64,000 nt of DNA from the human T2T-CHM13v2.0 reference genome, Homo sapiens. The stretch lies in the NCBI RefSeq assembly GCF_009914755.1, contig NC_060932.1, one strand, 5' to 3'. The position numbers were made by a program, and so were the translations under genes. Position 1 is the stretch's first letter. The number at the start of each line of letters is the position of its first letter. The notes below the pieces were generated by a model. The model saw only the letters and a program-made list of their open reading frames with translations. It was not told where the DNA came from and made no database searches. Positions 1 to 13,310 of the stretch are shown piece by piece.

Positions 1-279
1 GGAATAATGGGACGCTTAGGGCGTTTAGGGCATAGAGCAATATCTTGTTGAAGTTGGAAGAGAATGTAGTCAGAGTTGGAGATGAAGGGGAAGAACAGTT
101 TTTTTTTTTTTGTCTTTCCTGGCATAACGTACATAGAAGTTAGATTTAGGAGAAGATTTCTTAGTCACAAAATCTGGAGAAAGTAGTTAATGGTAGTAAA
201 GAATGAAGGCTGCCAGGGAACAGGGGAGTATATTCTCTTCCTTTTTCTTCCTTTACATTCCTCTGCTTTTCCTTTTGTA

Positions 280-450
280 TCACTGTTTCTCCTAAGTGAT
301 AAGAATCACTTAGAGGGTGCTTATGAAAAATGAAGATTCCTATGCCTAATCCCAGACTGAGTGAATTAGAGTCTTTGATGATTGGGGCCCAGAAATAGTT
401 ATTTTGAAAGTTTCTGATTTGATTTTTATACTCTCTAGGGACTGCTCTAC
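280..450. mobile_element. MER5-like hAT-Charlie DNA transposon remnant
   Basis: Motifs 'gaatcacttagagggtgctt...gattcct...cccagact...ggggcccagaaat' resemble the MER5A/B consensus (recalled); boundaries approximate. Confidence 0.55.
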
Positions 451-519
451 ATCCACACAAGAGTAGAATACTGCCTCTTAATTGCATATTGCTGTCATCA
501 GTATCTATTAGTTATATCA

Positions 520-680
520 GGAACTACCATTTATGGAGCACTTGTTGAGCTGTTCTAAGCAACATACTTACCCGATTCTCATGGTAAACATTTATTATGA
601 TAATATTATCCCCATTTTGTGGATGAGAAACCAAATCTCAGAAAAGTTAAACAAATTTCTCAAGGCCACATAAGTAGTGT
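520..680 (-). mobile_element. MIR SINE remnant
   Basis: MIR core 'tattatccccattttgtggatgagaaacc...agttaaacaaatttctcaaggccaca'. Confidence 0.75.
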
Positions 681-1763
681 TATTTAAAAAGTGAAGGGGA
701 AAAAGAGAAGAAAAAAATTGATAAACATATTAGTTTGCAAGTATTTTTGTATGTATAAAATTACTTTAGAGTTATATGTTGTCTTAATTGTGTGGATATT
801 ATAATAAATATTAACTCTTAAGACCCTTGCCTGGTTGAGCATTGGTCAGCCATACTGTTAAACTGATATTCTGTTGAAATGGAATGCCAGGAAATTCCAG
901 GCAATTTTGGCAGAAGTAATAGACTTCATGCACTTTTCTTGCCAATACTAACATCTCTCTATGACACTTAGGGGGCTATAGAGACTTGTTTGATGGGCTG
1001 ATGTTCATATTTTTAATTTGATAAGAAATTTGGGCAGCTTAGCAATAAGGTATACAGTTTTGGAAAATATGAAGAAAACCCTGCTATGTGACAATCCATT
1101 TCTGTAGGATTTGGGACAATAAATACGATGTTTTATTTTTGTAAAGCAAAACAACTCATAGACAAAAGGCTTATTGCAACTATTTTAGTATTCTATCCCT
1201 TAATCCTGCACAATTCCACTTAAAAGAAGATAAAATTTCCATTCAATGGACCAAACAACACAATAAAGTTTCTAGAGGAAACCTTTGCAATTACTATGCA
1301 AGCTTATTATAACACAGGGGAAGAGAATTAAGCAATGCATGTGTCCCCTCAGCAAATTCGTATTTCAAATATGCAAAAATAAATGAATTATGCATGTTTA
1401 TTTAGACTAACTGGACACCAAGAAATGGCAAAGGCAGAGTCCAACTTGATGTAACTCGTTTTAACAAATGTAGTTCCCCCAAAATTAAGAGCTCATTTAT
1501 TTCATAGAGGTTTTATCTGCAGATGACAAGAATAGATATTTATTTCTTTTAATATTTACTTAGATATAGGTTTCTGATTTCTAAAGTACTTTTCTAGGTT
1601 AAAAATGTTTTGAAATGTACTAAAATATAAAAATCACTCTCATCCCTCCATATGTGTTTGGATTTTATAAAATAAGAAGCTGAGTATCTCTTACATACAT
1701 TTTCTCCTCTCAAGGTTAATAACTTGGTTAGCTATTTGATATATATCCTTCCTGTTTCTTCAG

Positions 1764-1860
1764 TATATATATATATATATACACACACACACATATATAT
1801 ACACATATATACATATATATACATATATACACATATGTATATACATATATATATACATAT

Positions 1861-1898
<38 letters not shown>

Positions 1899-1899
1899 A
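1764..1899. repeat. compound (TA)n/(TACA)n/(CA)n microsatellite, probably inside an old L1M fragment (~1600-2260)
   Basis: Directly visible alternating purine-pyrimidine tract; explains the YIYIYTHTH ORF. Confidence 0.95.
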
Positions 1900-4029
1900 T
1901 TTGATACCCTAAATTGGAATATTATTACATATGTTTATCTAGAATGTATTTTGAGTTTTACTTACTTAAAATGTACTATGCACACTTTGTATTGTTACTA
2001 TTAAACACTGAACTTTGAACCTCTGCTTAAATTTTTCCCTCTTTTTGATATTGTAAACAATTCTTCAGTGGATAGCCTTGCCAGGTATGCATATTTTGCA
2101 TTTCAGTAGATATTACAAATAAATCATTTTCCACAGAATTTGTAGTAATTTGTCCTCCCACAGTATATGAGAGTGTATTTCCCCCTCGTATTTGCTGGCA
2201 CTGGCTGTTAGCAGTCTTTTTAATCACTGACAATCTGCTGAGAGAAAATTATATTTGTTTTACTTTGCAATTAAGAGTTGGATGAATTCTAAATGTTTTC
2301 CCATATTTTAAATTTGTCTGGTATATTTCTAAAAGGCACATAAAATCTAGAATTAAGAATAAGAAAGTTAGCTGTTAACTCAGATTTGAAGCACCTTTTA
2401 TTTACCAGGTTGGGCAATATATTCAAAACTACTTCTGCAAGGGAGTGAGAAGAAGAATAATTCTGTTTGTTAGAGACATTCAAGCCATTTTGTTTTTTAC
2501 CATCTGCACTTTGTTATTGGAAACAATTTTCATCTTTATTGCCCCATGTTCCAAATTACATTTTTAATTTTGAAATCTATACAAAAAACCAAAGATTATG
2601 ATTTTGGACAGTTTCTAACTAGTGCTAATTTATTTGAGCTTTTTCACTAGTATTCTCATAAACTAAAACCACTTTTCCTTCTTTAGAATAAGTTATGGGG
2701 TCTTGGTGGATAAGAAACTGAAATGAGATGCTCTTTACTCAATCAAACCAGCAAATAGCTCTGGAGGCTTAGTCATAAAACCCAGCACGGAAATAATACT
2801 TGTCTCACAACAAGGTCAGAAATGATAACTGAAACCTTGGAATCCTTAAGATAAGCTACCTGTGTAATCAGGGGAAATAGCTGAAAGCCTAATAGAAGGC
2901 TTTGTGTTGGAGGACAGTGATTGAAGTTCAAAAGGCTTAGCAGAGGTCAAGTTGGCAATGTCAGGTATTTCCCCAAGTTTACTTCATTCAATTAAGTTGA
3001 AACAATCTGCTCCTGTGAAAGAGTTAGTGGCTTTCCTTACACTGGAAGAGCCCAGGCAGAGGGATGCTTGGTTTTCTCTGTATCGTAATCATGTCTGGGA
3101 TGATTTTAAATAAGAGATTGAGTTAATTTTCATGAACTCTCTGTGGGAGAACTTAGATGCAATACAGTGATTGTAAATCTTGTGAATTTACCGGACACAT
3201 TTGAAAGGGATGGACAGTGTAATTGTCTACCTGTGTGTGTATTAGCTGACTATTGGCAACAAAATGCTTTTCAAATTTTCATTGTTTCTAAATGGGATGA
3301 CTATTCCTGTGTCTGTCCCGTTAATTGAGCTGGGTCTCTTCCTGTTTAGTCTAAACCACTGTTGATTGCCTTGACTCCTACCCGACTGAGGGACCAAATG
3401 CCCTGGATTGAGAACATTCTTAGAAGTGCCTGAATTCTCATTTCAAGGCTGCTTGAACCAGGCAGATGTCAGGGTAGAAAAGGGTCCAAAGCCGCTTCTT
3501 TAAAAAGTAAATTGCATGCATTTAGGATTTTGTCTTTTTCTTTGATATGTTATGTTTTTTTCTTTTAAAAAATGTACTGTCTTATTTCTTAGTTGGAGTA
3601 ATTATTTTACAAACATGAGTGAACTTTGCAGAGGAATAGAAATGGGACATACCCTAACTGCAGCAAATGATCAGATTACAGAGATAAATTGATATATGAG
3701 AGGTTCCGGAATGGTGGGTAATTACAGCACATACCTCCAGGAAATTCACACACACACATGCACACATACACACACCCCACATTAACCTCCTGCATATGCG
3801 TATGTATGTGTGTGTGTGACTGTGACTGTGAAGTTTAATTATAGAAAATATTTAGGAGATAAAACCTGTTTTTAAGTTGGATAGCACCATACATCATTAT
3901 TAATATGTTTACTAGAGTTTAAGATATGTTTTTAAGAGCCCACAATCCCAAGAACTATTTATTAGTCACATACTAGGCAAAATAAATGTGAACAAACATG
4001 ATTTAACACATGATTTAACTGGCTAATTG

Positions 4030-4148
4030 TTAGATTCATGTGGGCCCACCCAGACCAACTAAATCAGAATCTCCAAAATTAGGATCTAGCAGCAATCTGT
4101 AGTTTAACAAGGTCCCCCAATGATTCTGATAGCCAAGTTTGTGAAGCC
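4030..4148. mobile_element. MER5A-like DNA transposon remnant
   Basis: 'gggcccacccagaccaactaaatcagaatctc...atctgtagtttaacaagg...tgattctgat...aagtttg' follows the MER5A pattern. Confidence 0.7.
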
Positions 4149-6519
4149 TAAAAATTCAGTCTAGGATGTCATTTTATTCTAATCAAACAAATTTTGATTT
4201 GTGTGATGTTGAGGGAATTGTGCAATTGACTAAAGAATGAAGGATTAATGCTTAATTTTGGTAATGCACATGAACACTATAGTTATAAACTGCCTCATTG
4301 GAGATTTCCAGCGGTCTCCTGACTTTCTAATTATTGGTTCCATTTTACAAATGAATAAATGGATACTGTTAAAAATAAAATAATGAATACCATAAAGTTA
4401 ATAAGTAGGAAAACCAGAATTCAGTCTCAATCTTTCTGACTACATGTCCAGGGCTTCCAGCACACTGACCTCTAGTAAACTTGAAGCAAAAATCATTAAA
4501 GGCCTTTCCAGTGGGATCTCTATTTAGATCTACCATTTTATTTTCCCATTATCCTATAATAATTTTTGAAGTTAGCATCCTTTCAGTTTAGAACATATAT
4601 ACTGAATTGACATAACCTTGTTTGGATGATGGGTTAGACCACAGAGGGATGGGTTCTATCTTCAAGGAGTCTTGTTGGGGACATGAGACTTACTTGGGAC
4701 AAGAGTAGAAAACAACAGGTTAAAGTGGCAAAATGTACATTGTGGATTTTCAGTGCTGTTATCAGTTTAGAGGAAATTATTTTGGGCCAAAAATTTTAGT
4801 GATGTCTCCAGGAGAAGCAGGATTTGATTTGGGTTTTGAAGAGTGGGATTTGGAAAATTCAGGAGAGGACATTCCCAGGTGTGGGAATGGCATAAGCAAA
4901 AGAGTGAGTGTGTGTCCATGTGTGTGTGTATGCAGGTGTGCTTGTCGTCTGTGTATTTAGCAGTCATACTTAGTGCTCGAGAAGAGGTTGGTCCTGCTTG
5001 GGAACAGTGAGAAAGATGGAATAGGGTGTAGAAGATGGTGCTGTGCATCATCTTTCAAGGTGGCCAGCCTCTACAGGGCACTGAGACTGTCATGTTAAAA
5101 GATGCCACTTGGGATCATTGCCCTCTTCTTCTGTGTGTTGTTTATTCTTATTCTTCTCTCATGTATGTGCTCCCAGCCCCAAGAAAATACTTTAGTCTAA
5201 TGCTGGAAAACCCTCTGTCATTGTCCAGAATCAAATTAAGCACAGGGAATATGACCATTGCTTTGAGATACACATGGGATTTAGGATGTTGAAAGATACA
5301 AAAGCCTCAGCACAATAGACAGAGAATCAGCAGGTTCCTGGGATATGACTAATTTTTCGCTGGCCGTTTAGTAACAGGTGGTATTTATCTAAGCAGACTG
5401 CCCTGGGCAGCTGGTTGATGGGTTCTTCCAGCTGGACATCTTCTCCCCATTTAGTTCAACCACACCTGCTTCATACAGCAAACAAGAGCCTTTCTCATCT
5501 CTAGTATCTCCATGTAGGGGGCTAGGGGTATAGATCAACCATTCAGCTTCCAGCTGTAGTGTTTCATGATGTCTGAGGATCCCATCTGGCCTCCTACCAG
5601 GAAAAAAAAAGAGTTAGGTTTTAGGTTTAGAGGTGGGCTTTTTTTTTTTTTCAGGGGGTGGTTTTGTCCTGTTGTGTTGCTTACTTTTAAGAAAGAGATT
5701 TCATCATTGACAGCTATCATGTGATCAGCCTTATCTCCCATTAAAATTGCTGGTCCTTGAAGCATGCACTGACATGAGGGTGCCTGCTCCTTCAAGCTTT
5801 TATTGTACTGAATTAAGGAAGAGTAGAATAGTCTCATGAAAGATTAATCACTTCCTGTAAGCATCTTGTACCTGCAGACAGGCAATTACTGAAATATGTC
5901 CGAAAGAAAACAAGAACGTTAAAATGTATTGGTCAGGTATTTTTCGGCAGTGTGACTACAAAACTTGTTTGGGTGCCAGCTTTTATGGAGCCAAAAGGAG
6001 CTTCTGTGTTGAGTTAATGGATCATAGTTTGTTTTGTACATGAGTAGCAATGTTTTCTTTGTAATAATAGTAAAAACTTTGACACTGCACAGGTATTTCT
6101 CTTGAGGCTGTTTAAGGGTATACATTCATATTTATTTCCCCACCTAACCTGAATCAACGATTTGGATTGAATTCTAGTCTTTGGAGTTTAGAAAATCCTG
6201 TATCTTCAGTGCTGGGCCTGCCAGAAAGTAGCTATTTAATAAATATTTGAGGACTGACAATCTCTATTTTATAGTTGTCAAAGGGTTTACAAATAAAGGG
6301 GATGCCACAGTCTCAGTCCTGAGAATTGTAGTAATCAATACAATACTGGGTTTACCATCACCTTGCCTCAAAACTTTCTATTTATCAACTGTGTTCCAGG
6401 CTTTGTGCTAAAGGCTGGAAATTAAAAAAGAAAAAAAGACATGGTCCATATGTTTTAAAAAGCTGAGAATTCCTGGCAAGGGAAATACCATGCAACAACA
6501 ACATTAAGAACAAAAACAT

Positions 6520-6685
6520 TTTTTTGGTCACTTGCTGTATTCTAGACACTTTTCATGTGTATATATTAATTTGTTTAATCCACAATTATTATTATTCCAT
6601 TTTTTCAGATGTATAAACTGAAGCACAGAGAGTTACACAACTTTGTGTAATTTACCCAAAGCTAGTATGGATCTAGAATATGAAT
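6520..6685 (-). mobile_element. MIR remnant within an L2-derived region (~6380-6800)
   Basis: 'ttattattccattttttcagatgtataaactgaagcacagagagtt' MIR core; flanking 'gtgttccaggctttgtgctaaaggctgg' is L2-like. Confidence 0.65.
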
Positions 6686-7035
6686 AAAAATACTACATAA
6701 AAATAAAACAAACACTGAATATGTAGAGTGCTCTAGGTGGGTAAGTACGTGGTACAGGAAGGAGGCACCCTAGGTTCTGTGTAATGGGGACTGGACAACA
6801 GTTTCGGGAGTAGTAATTTCTAAATCTTTTCCTCCTTACCCCCACTTCTGTCACTGGGATCTGGAATCTGAGACTTCTTTCTCTCTCCAGGTCTGGTCCC
6901 AGTTCTTTCCATGTATGTTGCCACCGACAGGGAGCATCATGCTCTGCTTCGTGATCTCTCTACTACTGATGTCTTAAATAGTTATCTACCATCAATCAGA
7001 TATAATTATATACTTTATGATCAGCAGCCCACTTT

Positions 7036-7258
7036 GGTGGCAAGAACTGGGCCTCTGAAGTCAGACACATTGGTTTGAATCTTGTCTCTTCCACTTGCAA
7101 GCTGTGCAATATTGGGCAAGTTCTAACTTCTCTGAGCTTATATAATCTCATATGCAAGACAGGGTTAATTATACTTATCTCTTAGGTCTGTTGAAAGAAT
7201 AAACTGAGATAATATATGTAAAGTATATATTACAAAGAAGATAATAAATGCTGGTTTT
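7036..7258 (+). mobile_element. MIR SINE
   Basis: 'ggcctctgaagtcagac...gtttgaatc...ttgggcaagttctaacttctctgagc...gagataatatatgtaaag'. Confidence 0.8.
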
Positions 7259-7625
7259 ATTTCTTTATAACACTGTGCCTCTTTTGCCTCTGTTTCTCTC
7301 AGCATCTATTATAGTTTCCCATAAATAGTAGATGACTAAAATATGATTGTTGATTTGATTTTATGGGAATAGAGAAATAATTGAAAATGTCAGTATTATA
7401 TTATTAAATGATCATACACATAACATCTTCCTGGAATATATTTCTCTTCCCTTTTCTTTTCCCCTTCCCACTTCTACCTTTACCCACTTACCTTAAATTT
7501 GACTTGCCTTTCAGGTCTTGGCTTAGATGTGGTCTTCTCCAGGGTTTTCCCTGGTTGAGTTAGGCTCTCCTTCTCTCTGCTTCTGTAGCACCTTGGGCCA
7601 TAAGAACTATAGGTGCCATACAAAC

Positions 7626-8012
7626 TTTTTTATTATTATTTTAGTGAAGTGAAGTCCACATAACATAAAATTAACATTTTGGGGTGAACAATTCAGTGGC
7701 ATTTAGTACATTCACAATGCTGTGCTACTACCACCATCTAGTTCCAAAACGAAAACTCCATAACCATCAAGCAATCACTTCCCTTTTCTCCCTCCTACTA
7801 GTCCTTGGCAACCACCAATCTGCTTTCTGTCTTTTGGGATTTACATATTCTGGATATTTTATATAAATATATAAATAGAATTATATAATATGTAACCTTT
7901 TGTGTCTGGGTTCTTTCACTTAGTGTAATACTTTTCAGGTTACACATTGTAGCATGTATCAACCTTAATTTCTTTTTTATGGCTGAGTAATATTCCATTG
8001 CAGGTGCATACC
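7626..8012 (-). mobile_element. L1MB-type LINE-1 3' end fragment
   Basis: T-rich tail then 'aattcagtggcatttagtacattcacaatg...ggcaaccaccaatctgctttctgtc...tttatggctgagtaatattccattg'; ORF MEYYSAIKK matches the L1 ORF2 C-terminus. Confidence 0.85.
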
Positions 8013-9279
8013 AGGTATATATGCTAAATTTATTATTTTCTTATTTCAAAATGTTGCTCAAGTCAAACAAACCTAAAGATAAAGCCAGGGTCTGGAGTTA
8101 GCTATACTTAAAACAGTCATATACCAGCAGGTCTTGAAAACTTTGGTTTCACTCTGGAGCAAGCCAACAGAGTTAGCACATCTGAAGAGGGGAATGAATT
8201 TCCTTAAGAAAGCAAAGACCTGAAATCTGGATTGGGAGGTGTGGCTAATTCAATTTTATAATGGTGATATACTGCTGAGGAACCCCAGGGGAAGGAACTG
8301 AGTTTCTTTGGAAATTGAGTGTCTTAGGTATTAAAACTAGATATAGAAGTGGCTGTAATAATCATCTTACATTTTCAAATTATGGGAGTAATTATAAAGG
8401 CTACCATTGCTTAATGTTTTCCATCTTTCTAGACTCAGGGGTGTGAATTTCCCTTTGATAAGTTGTTGTCTACACCACAAAATCAGCCTAAGAGTCTACC
8501 TGTTGAGCTATCTTTTATTTGAGTATACATATTTGTTCCATAATTTTGCTACTTTTAGTGCATAAAAAGTATTCACTTTCAACCTGAAGAAATGAGATTA
8601 TATTAGTTGTGGACTGGAAATAACAATCTACATCTGTTGAGAAAAGAATGGTGTCCTCTCCCAAAGCCTTGGACTTCCACCTAGATAAGAAGCTATATAC
8701 CTGATGCTCTCAAATCATGATTTCTGTCACTGGAAGGGGTTTTATGTTATTTTTTCTATTTGGGAATGTACTGAACAGTTGAACAGTTATATTTTCACTT
8801 ATAACTTTGTCTAGTCTCCATGAAAGTTAAGAAATTGTCACTAGCAAGCTCTTGCTCTAACAGTGGGAGCAGTCTTGTCCTAAGGTAAGAGAGACAGAAG
8901 ATAATTCCTTGTATCCTGGGAACACATCACCCTGCAGCTAGTTAAAAAGCGATCTTAGTTGATGACTATATTTGACTTTTGTGGTTCCCTAGGAACATTT
9001 CCATGATCTGCTTGGATATTATTTGGATTCAGATTAGAATTACCCTTGCAGCATGATGTTTTACGGTAGCCTTGACATTAATCTCTTACTTACCTGCCTT
9101 GGTAACCAAAAAACAGCCCACAGGCAAAGGAGGAAGCAATAGTCCAAGGGGTTGGGTGAATTGGGGAAAATCCCATAAGAGGGAAGTGATAGATTGTTGC
9201 AGTCACAGCCCATTTCATGATTTTAAAAGCCTTCCTCACCACAGTTTCACTTACGAGTGCCAATGTGTGCCAGCATTGG

Positions 9280-9500
9280 ACATACATGGTCTTGGAGTTT
9301 AAATCACACTTACTTTATTGACCATGTAACCTGAGACAAATTAGTCTTTCTAAAATTCAGTTTTCAGGTCTGCGGTTGGGGCTAAAAGTATTATCATCCT
9401 TTTAGGCTTGTTACCAGGATTAAATAAGATAATGTACACGGTACACAGAGCATACTGCCCGGCACAAAATAAGCTCTTAATTACTAGATGTTAGCTGTTA
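9280..9500 (+). mobile_element. MIR remnant
   Basis: 'aggattaaataagataatgtacacggtacacagagcatactgcccggcacaaaataagctc' MIR 3' half. Confidence 0.65.
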
Positions 9501-12500
9501 CTAGAGTTTTAGGATCACATTTTGTGGCCAGCCCATAAGTCTTACCTACTTTTTCTATTATGTCTTCATTTTAAGTGGTAGCTGTCATTTTTGCCAATCT
9601 TCCATATTTTTAGTAAGCGTGTGTCTAGTTTCAAAGCCTGAAGAGATTTGCATTTCAAAAATGGTTTACATAGAGCATATGGGAATTTGTAATACAGCCT
9701 AAAAATTTATGAAAATTGTATTTTTATTAGCCAAATTAATAACCGAAGGAATGAAGAAAAAGCTTTCCTTGGAACTAGGATAAAGTTTTCAATCATGATT
9801 TACTGATAGAGTTGAAAAACCTATTCAGTATTATCTGCATGGTTTTTACTTTTCCCTGCTTATCATTCATTCATTGAAGTGTTTCTTTAAGATCAAAGTG
9901 TTTAGGATTGTAATAAATATTTGGTTTTCCAAATCCATGATTTAACAATTGTTGGTCAAATACAATTTAATAAGTAGAGGACAAAATCTGGAAATGGACT
10001 AATAAGGCTTTTTGGCTGCAAAATGATCTTCTAAAACAAAATGTTAAGGAAGTAAGAGGAATAAAGTAGGAGCATATGGATTTCATTTTTGTTGAAATAC
10101 ATTTTGACTCAAAAATTAAGGGAAAACTGGGACAAATATTTTTTGAAGGTTTTTTTTAAAAAAGGTAAATATTTGGCTAAATACAAAGTAATACCACACT
10201 CACATATTTCAGTTTTAAAAATTATTGCCAAATGCCTAAAGATTTTTTTCCTTTAAGTGACAATGCAAGGTAATAGGTCTTTTTTACTCAAAATCAGCTT
10301 TCTCCTTCTCTTTCCCATATGATTAAAAGATCTTGAGGAAAGAAATTCTAAGTAAAGCTTCATTGTTAAAATCCTGGGCTGGGAGCTTGGAGACTTGGGT
10401 ACCATATTTCTAGATAAAGACTTATGAAAACGTTTAGAAATCAGGAACTATAAAAATGGCATTTTAAATTAAATTAAAGCCCACTTTTAAAACTGGGTAG
10501 TTTTGTTACTGTAGTGAATACTATCTTCAGATTTTTATTTTTTTCCCAGACTAGGAAAAATATTTTTAGTAAAGTTATATTCTGGTTAAATTACTTATTA
10601 AGTAGCACATGTGAATATTTTTAAAAATTCAGTCTTGTATATCTGAGTAGTTTCTCAAAAGAAGAAATAAAAAATGCTTAATTTTCTAAGTGTCAGATGG
10701 TTTACAATACTGAAATGTTTCTATGAGTCTTTTGCAAAATGTTCCAGTTCCTCTTTTGCATATGTTAAACTTGTGCTTCTCAGAGATTGAGAAAGTTATT
10801 CCCCCCGCCAAAAAAAAAAATAATTGTTTTTGCTCTTAGAGAGCTGCGCCCAAACCAGATATTTATTTGAGGAGGGAGCTATTTTGTAAGTGTTAAAAAG
10901 AGAATAAATCCATCTTTATAAGCAATTGATATCTCAGTTCACAGTGTAAAATGTAAGTGTCTGGCCTAAGAAAGAACCATCAGGTTGTTCTAGAGAACAA
11001 ATGATTTTGCCAAACACAGAAAATCTCTGTGAGTCAAAAACAAAACGAAACAAACAAAAGAAACAAATGTAATATTTTTTAGAATGTTGTTGATATAAAG
11101 TTATGAGGGGAAAAATTACCAAGAAAGAGGAGTACATGAGAGTGTGAGGTCTTATGGAAAAGTTTACTGCAGCTAGGGATCATCTCTACAAATACATCTT
11201 ATCTTGTTTATGGTCTCTGATCCCCATGAGTCTCAGCTTATATCCTATAGGGAGCTAGGGTTGAATGAAGAAATTTCTTGCGCTCAGCAGTAGTTAGATC
11301 TTAGGAGCCACCTCTCTGTAAAGGAGTGACCAGTTAGCGGCAGCAAATAAGGGAGGATTTGAGGAGAAAAGACACAATCAGAACATTTACTTATACAACC
11401 TAAGAGGAAAGAGATTAGCAAAGCAGTTTAATGGAGAAGATCATACAAGGCCGTCCGTTTTTATCCCATCTCTCTGGCATACAAGCATATACACAAAAAT
11501 CACTCTGTTAAATTGCTCTCTGGGTTCATGTTCTCAGGCAGTCCTACAGTTGAGCTTGTCTTGTAGTGAAAGAGGTTCTCTAATACTGCAGAAAATAGCA
11601 ATTGTATGACCACCTAAGATGGAGGATCTGTTATTAAATCCTTATCCATAGGGAATACAACATTAGGTAAGACAAAAAAATGCCACAAGAGAAAATACCT
11701 CCCAGTGTGGAACTGGGTACAGATTATTTTCTTAATAAACACTTAATGATTAAAAAGTGTTAGAGGGATGTTTTGGTATAATTTACACTGTAATACTTTA
11801 TCATTGTTAATTTGAATATATTGAATCTCTCTAACTAAACTAATATGTTCATTACAGATCTCAGCAGGTATATCTTCATGTTTTGTTATGAGTAGTTACT
11901 TAATTGATAAAGGTTTATAGTGGTTGGTGCTTGGGAAAATAATTAATAGCAAGACCTTGGGCATGAGTCACCCTATGCCTAAGCTTGAAAACAGATGATG
12001 ATCAGTGGATTTATACTGCTGAGTAAAGTCTCATAGAATTACATTAAATGAGAAATGAAACTTGACACTTCTGGCTTCAAAATTTAATTTTGAAAAAGGG
12101 GATCATGGCATCCCCCAAATGGCACATGTCTGCTGACTAAGCAGTGCAAGATGCTGTAACTAAATCCTAAAAGTGAAGGCTGAAAATAGAAATAATTGGA
12201 GAAAAGGGAAGAAAATTGTGTTAGTAAATTCAGCGACCACTAATCGCTATTTTTTTTTGATCAAAGGCGTCTAGACACTACCTAACTCCATTCTAGCTTT
12301 TATGACTGCTGCAAAGGAGTATGCATTCTTATTATCTTATTTACAGTGTTAGAAGATGTCTGTGTAAACAAACATCTCCTGAACAGTTGTCCATTTGTCA
12401 GAGTTGCCTGTTTCCTGGGCTTATTTAGAAATCTGATTTGGTGTTAACTATTATTCTTTTGGAGGCTGCAGCCAGCAGCCCATTGACTTACAGACTTACT

Positions 12501-12521
12501 ACCATTGAAAAAGAGACATGC

Positions 12522-12827
<306 letters not shown>

Positions 12828-13094
12828 CTATTTTATATTTAGTGCTCTAGTTCCAGCCTAAGAGATCCTCTAACTCTAAGTAGCTCTTTCCCAACTGTGC
12901 ATGCAGCAGACACTATAGATATGTGCCTAGAGAACCCACATCTTTTTGGCCAATCTTAACTTCAAATATTATACTTTTGTCCTTTTGTCCCCCTATGTCA
13001 TTTACATTTGTCATATCCTGAAAGCACAATTTTCAAAACAAAAAAAAAACGATAAAAACTATAAGGCCTCCTCCATCTTTCCACTGAGATAATA

Positions 13095-13310
13095 ATGTCT
13101 AACAGTGATTGAGAACTTATCATCCAGGCGCTCTGCATACATATACCCTACAACAGTCCTTCAGAGTAAAGTGTCATTATCTCTGTTTTACAAATGGGCA
13201 AACTGAAAACTAAGGAAGGTTGAGTAGCTTGTCTAAGACCACACAACCACTAAATAGAGAAACTGGGATTAAAATGAGGCTTGACTGTAAAGCCCCTGTT
13301 CCTCTTATTA
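13095..13310 (-). mobile_element. MIR remnant
   Basis: 'attatctctgttttacaaatgggcaaactgaaaactaaggaaggttgagtagcttgtctaagaccacacaacc'. Confidence 0.75.

Noticed and set aside
16-30. Two TTAGGG hexamers
   Set aside because: Only two non-contiguous units, so not an interstitial telomere array.
2695-2730. Possible CR1/L3 remnant (ggggtcttggtggataagaaactgaaatgag)
   Set aside because: Too short to call without an HMM search.
6874-6920. Strong acceptor ttctttctctctccag at 6890 (also cctcag at 21315 and donor AAG|GTAAGA at 8884)
   Set aside because: No convincing partner site or open frame; such isolated motifs are common in introns.
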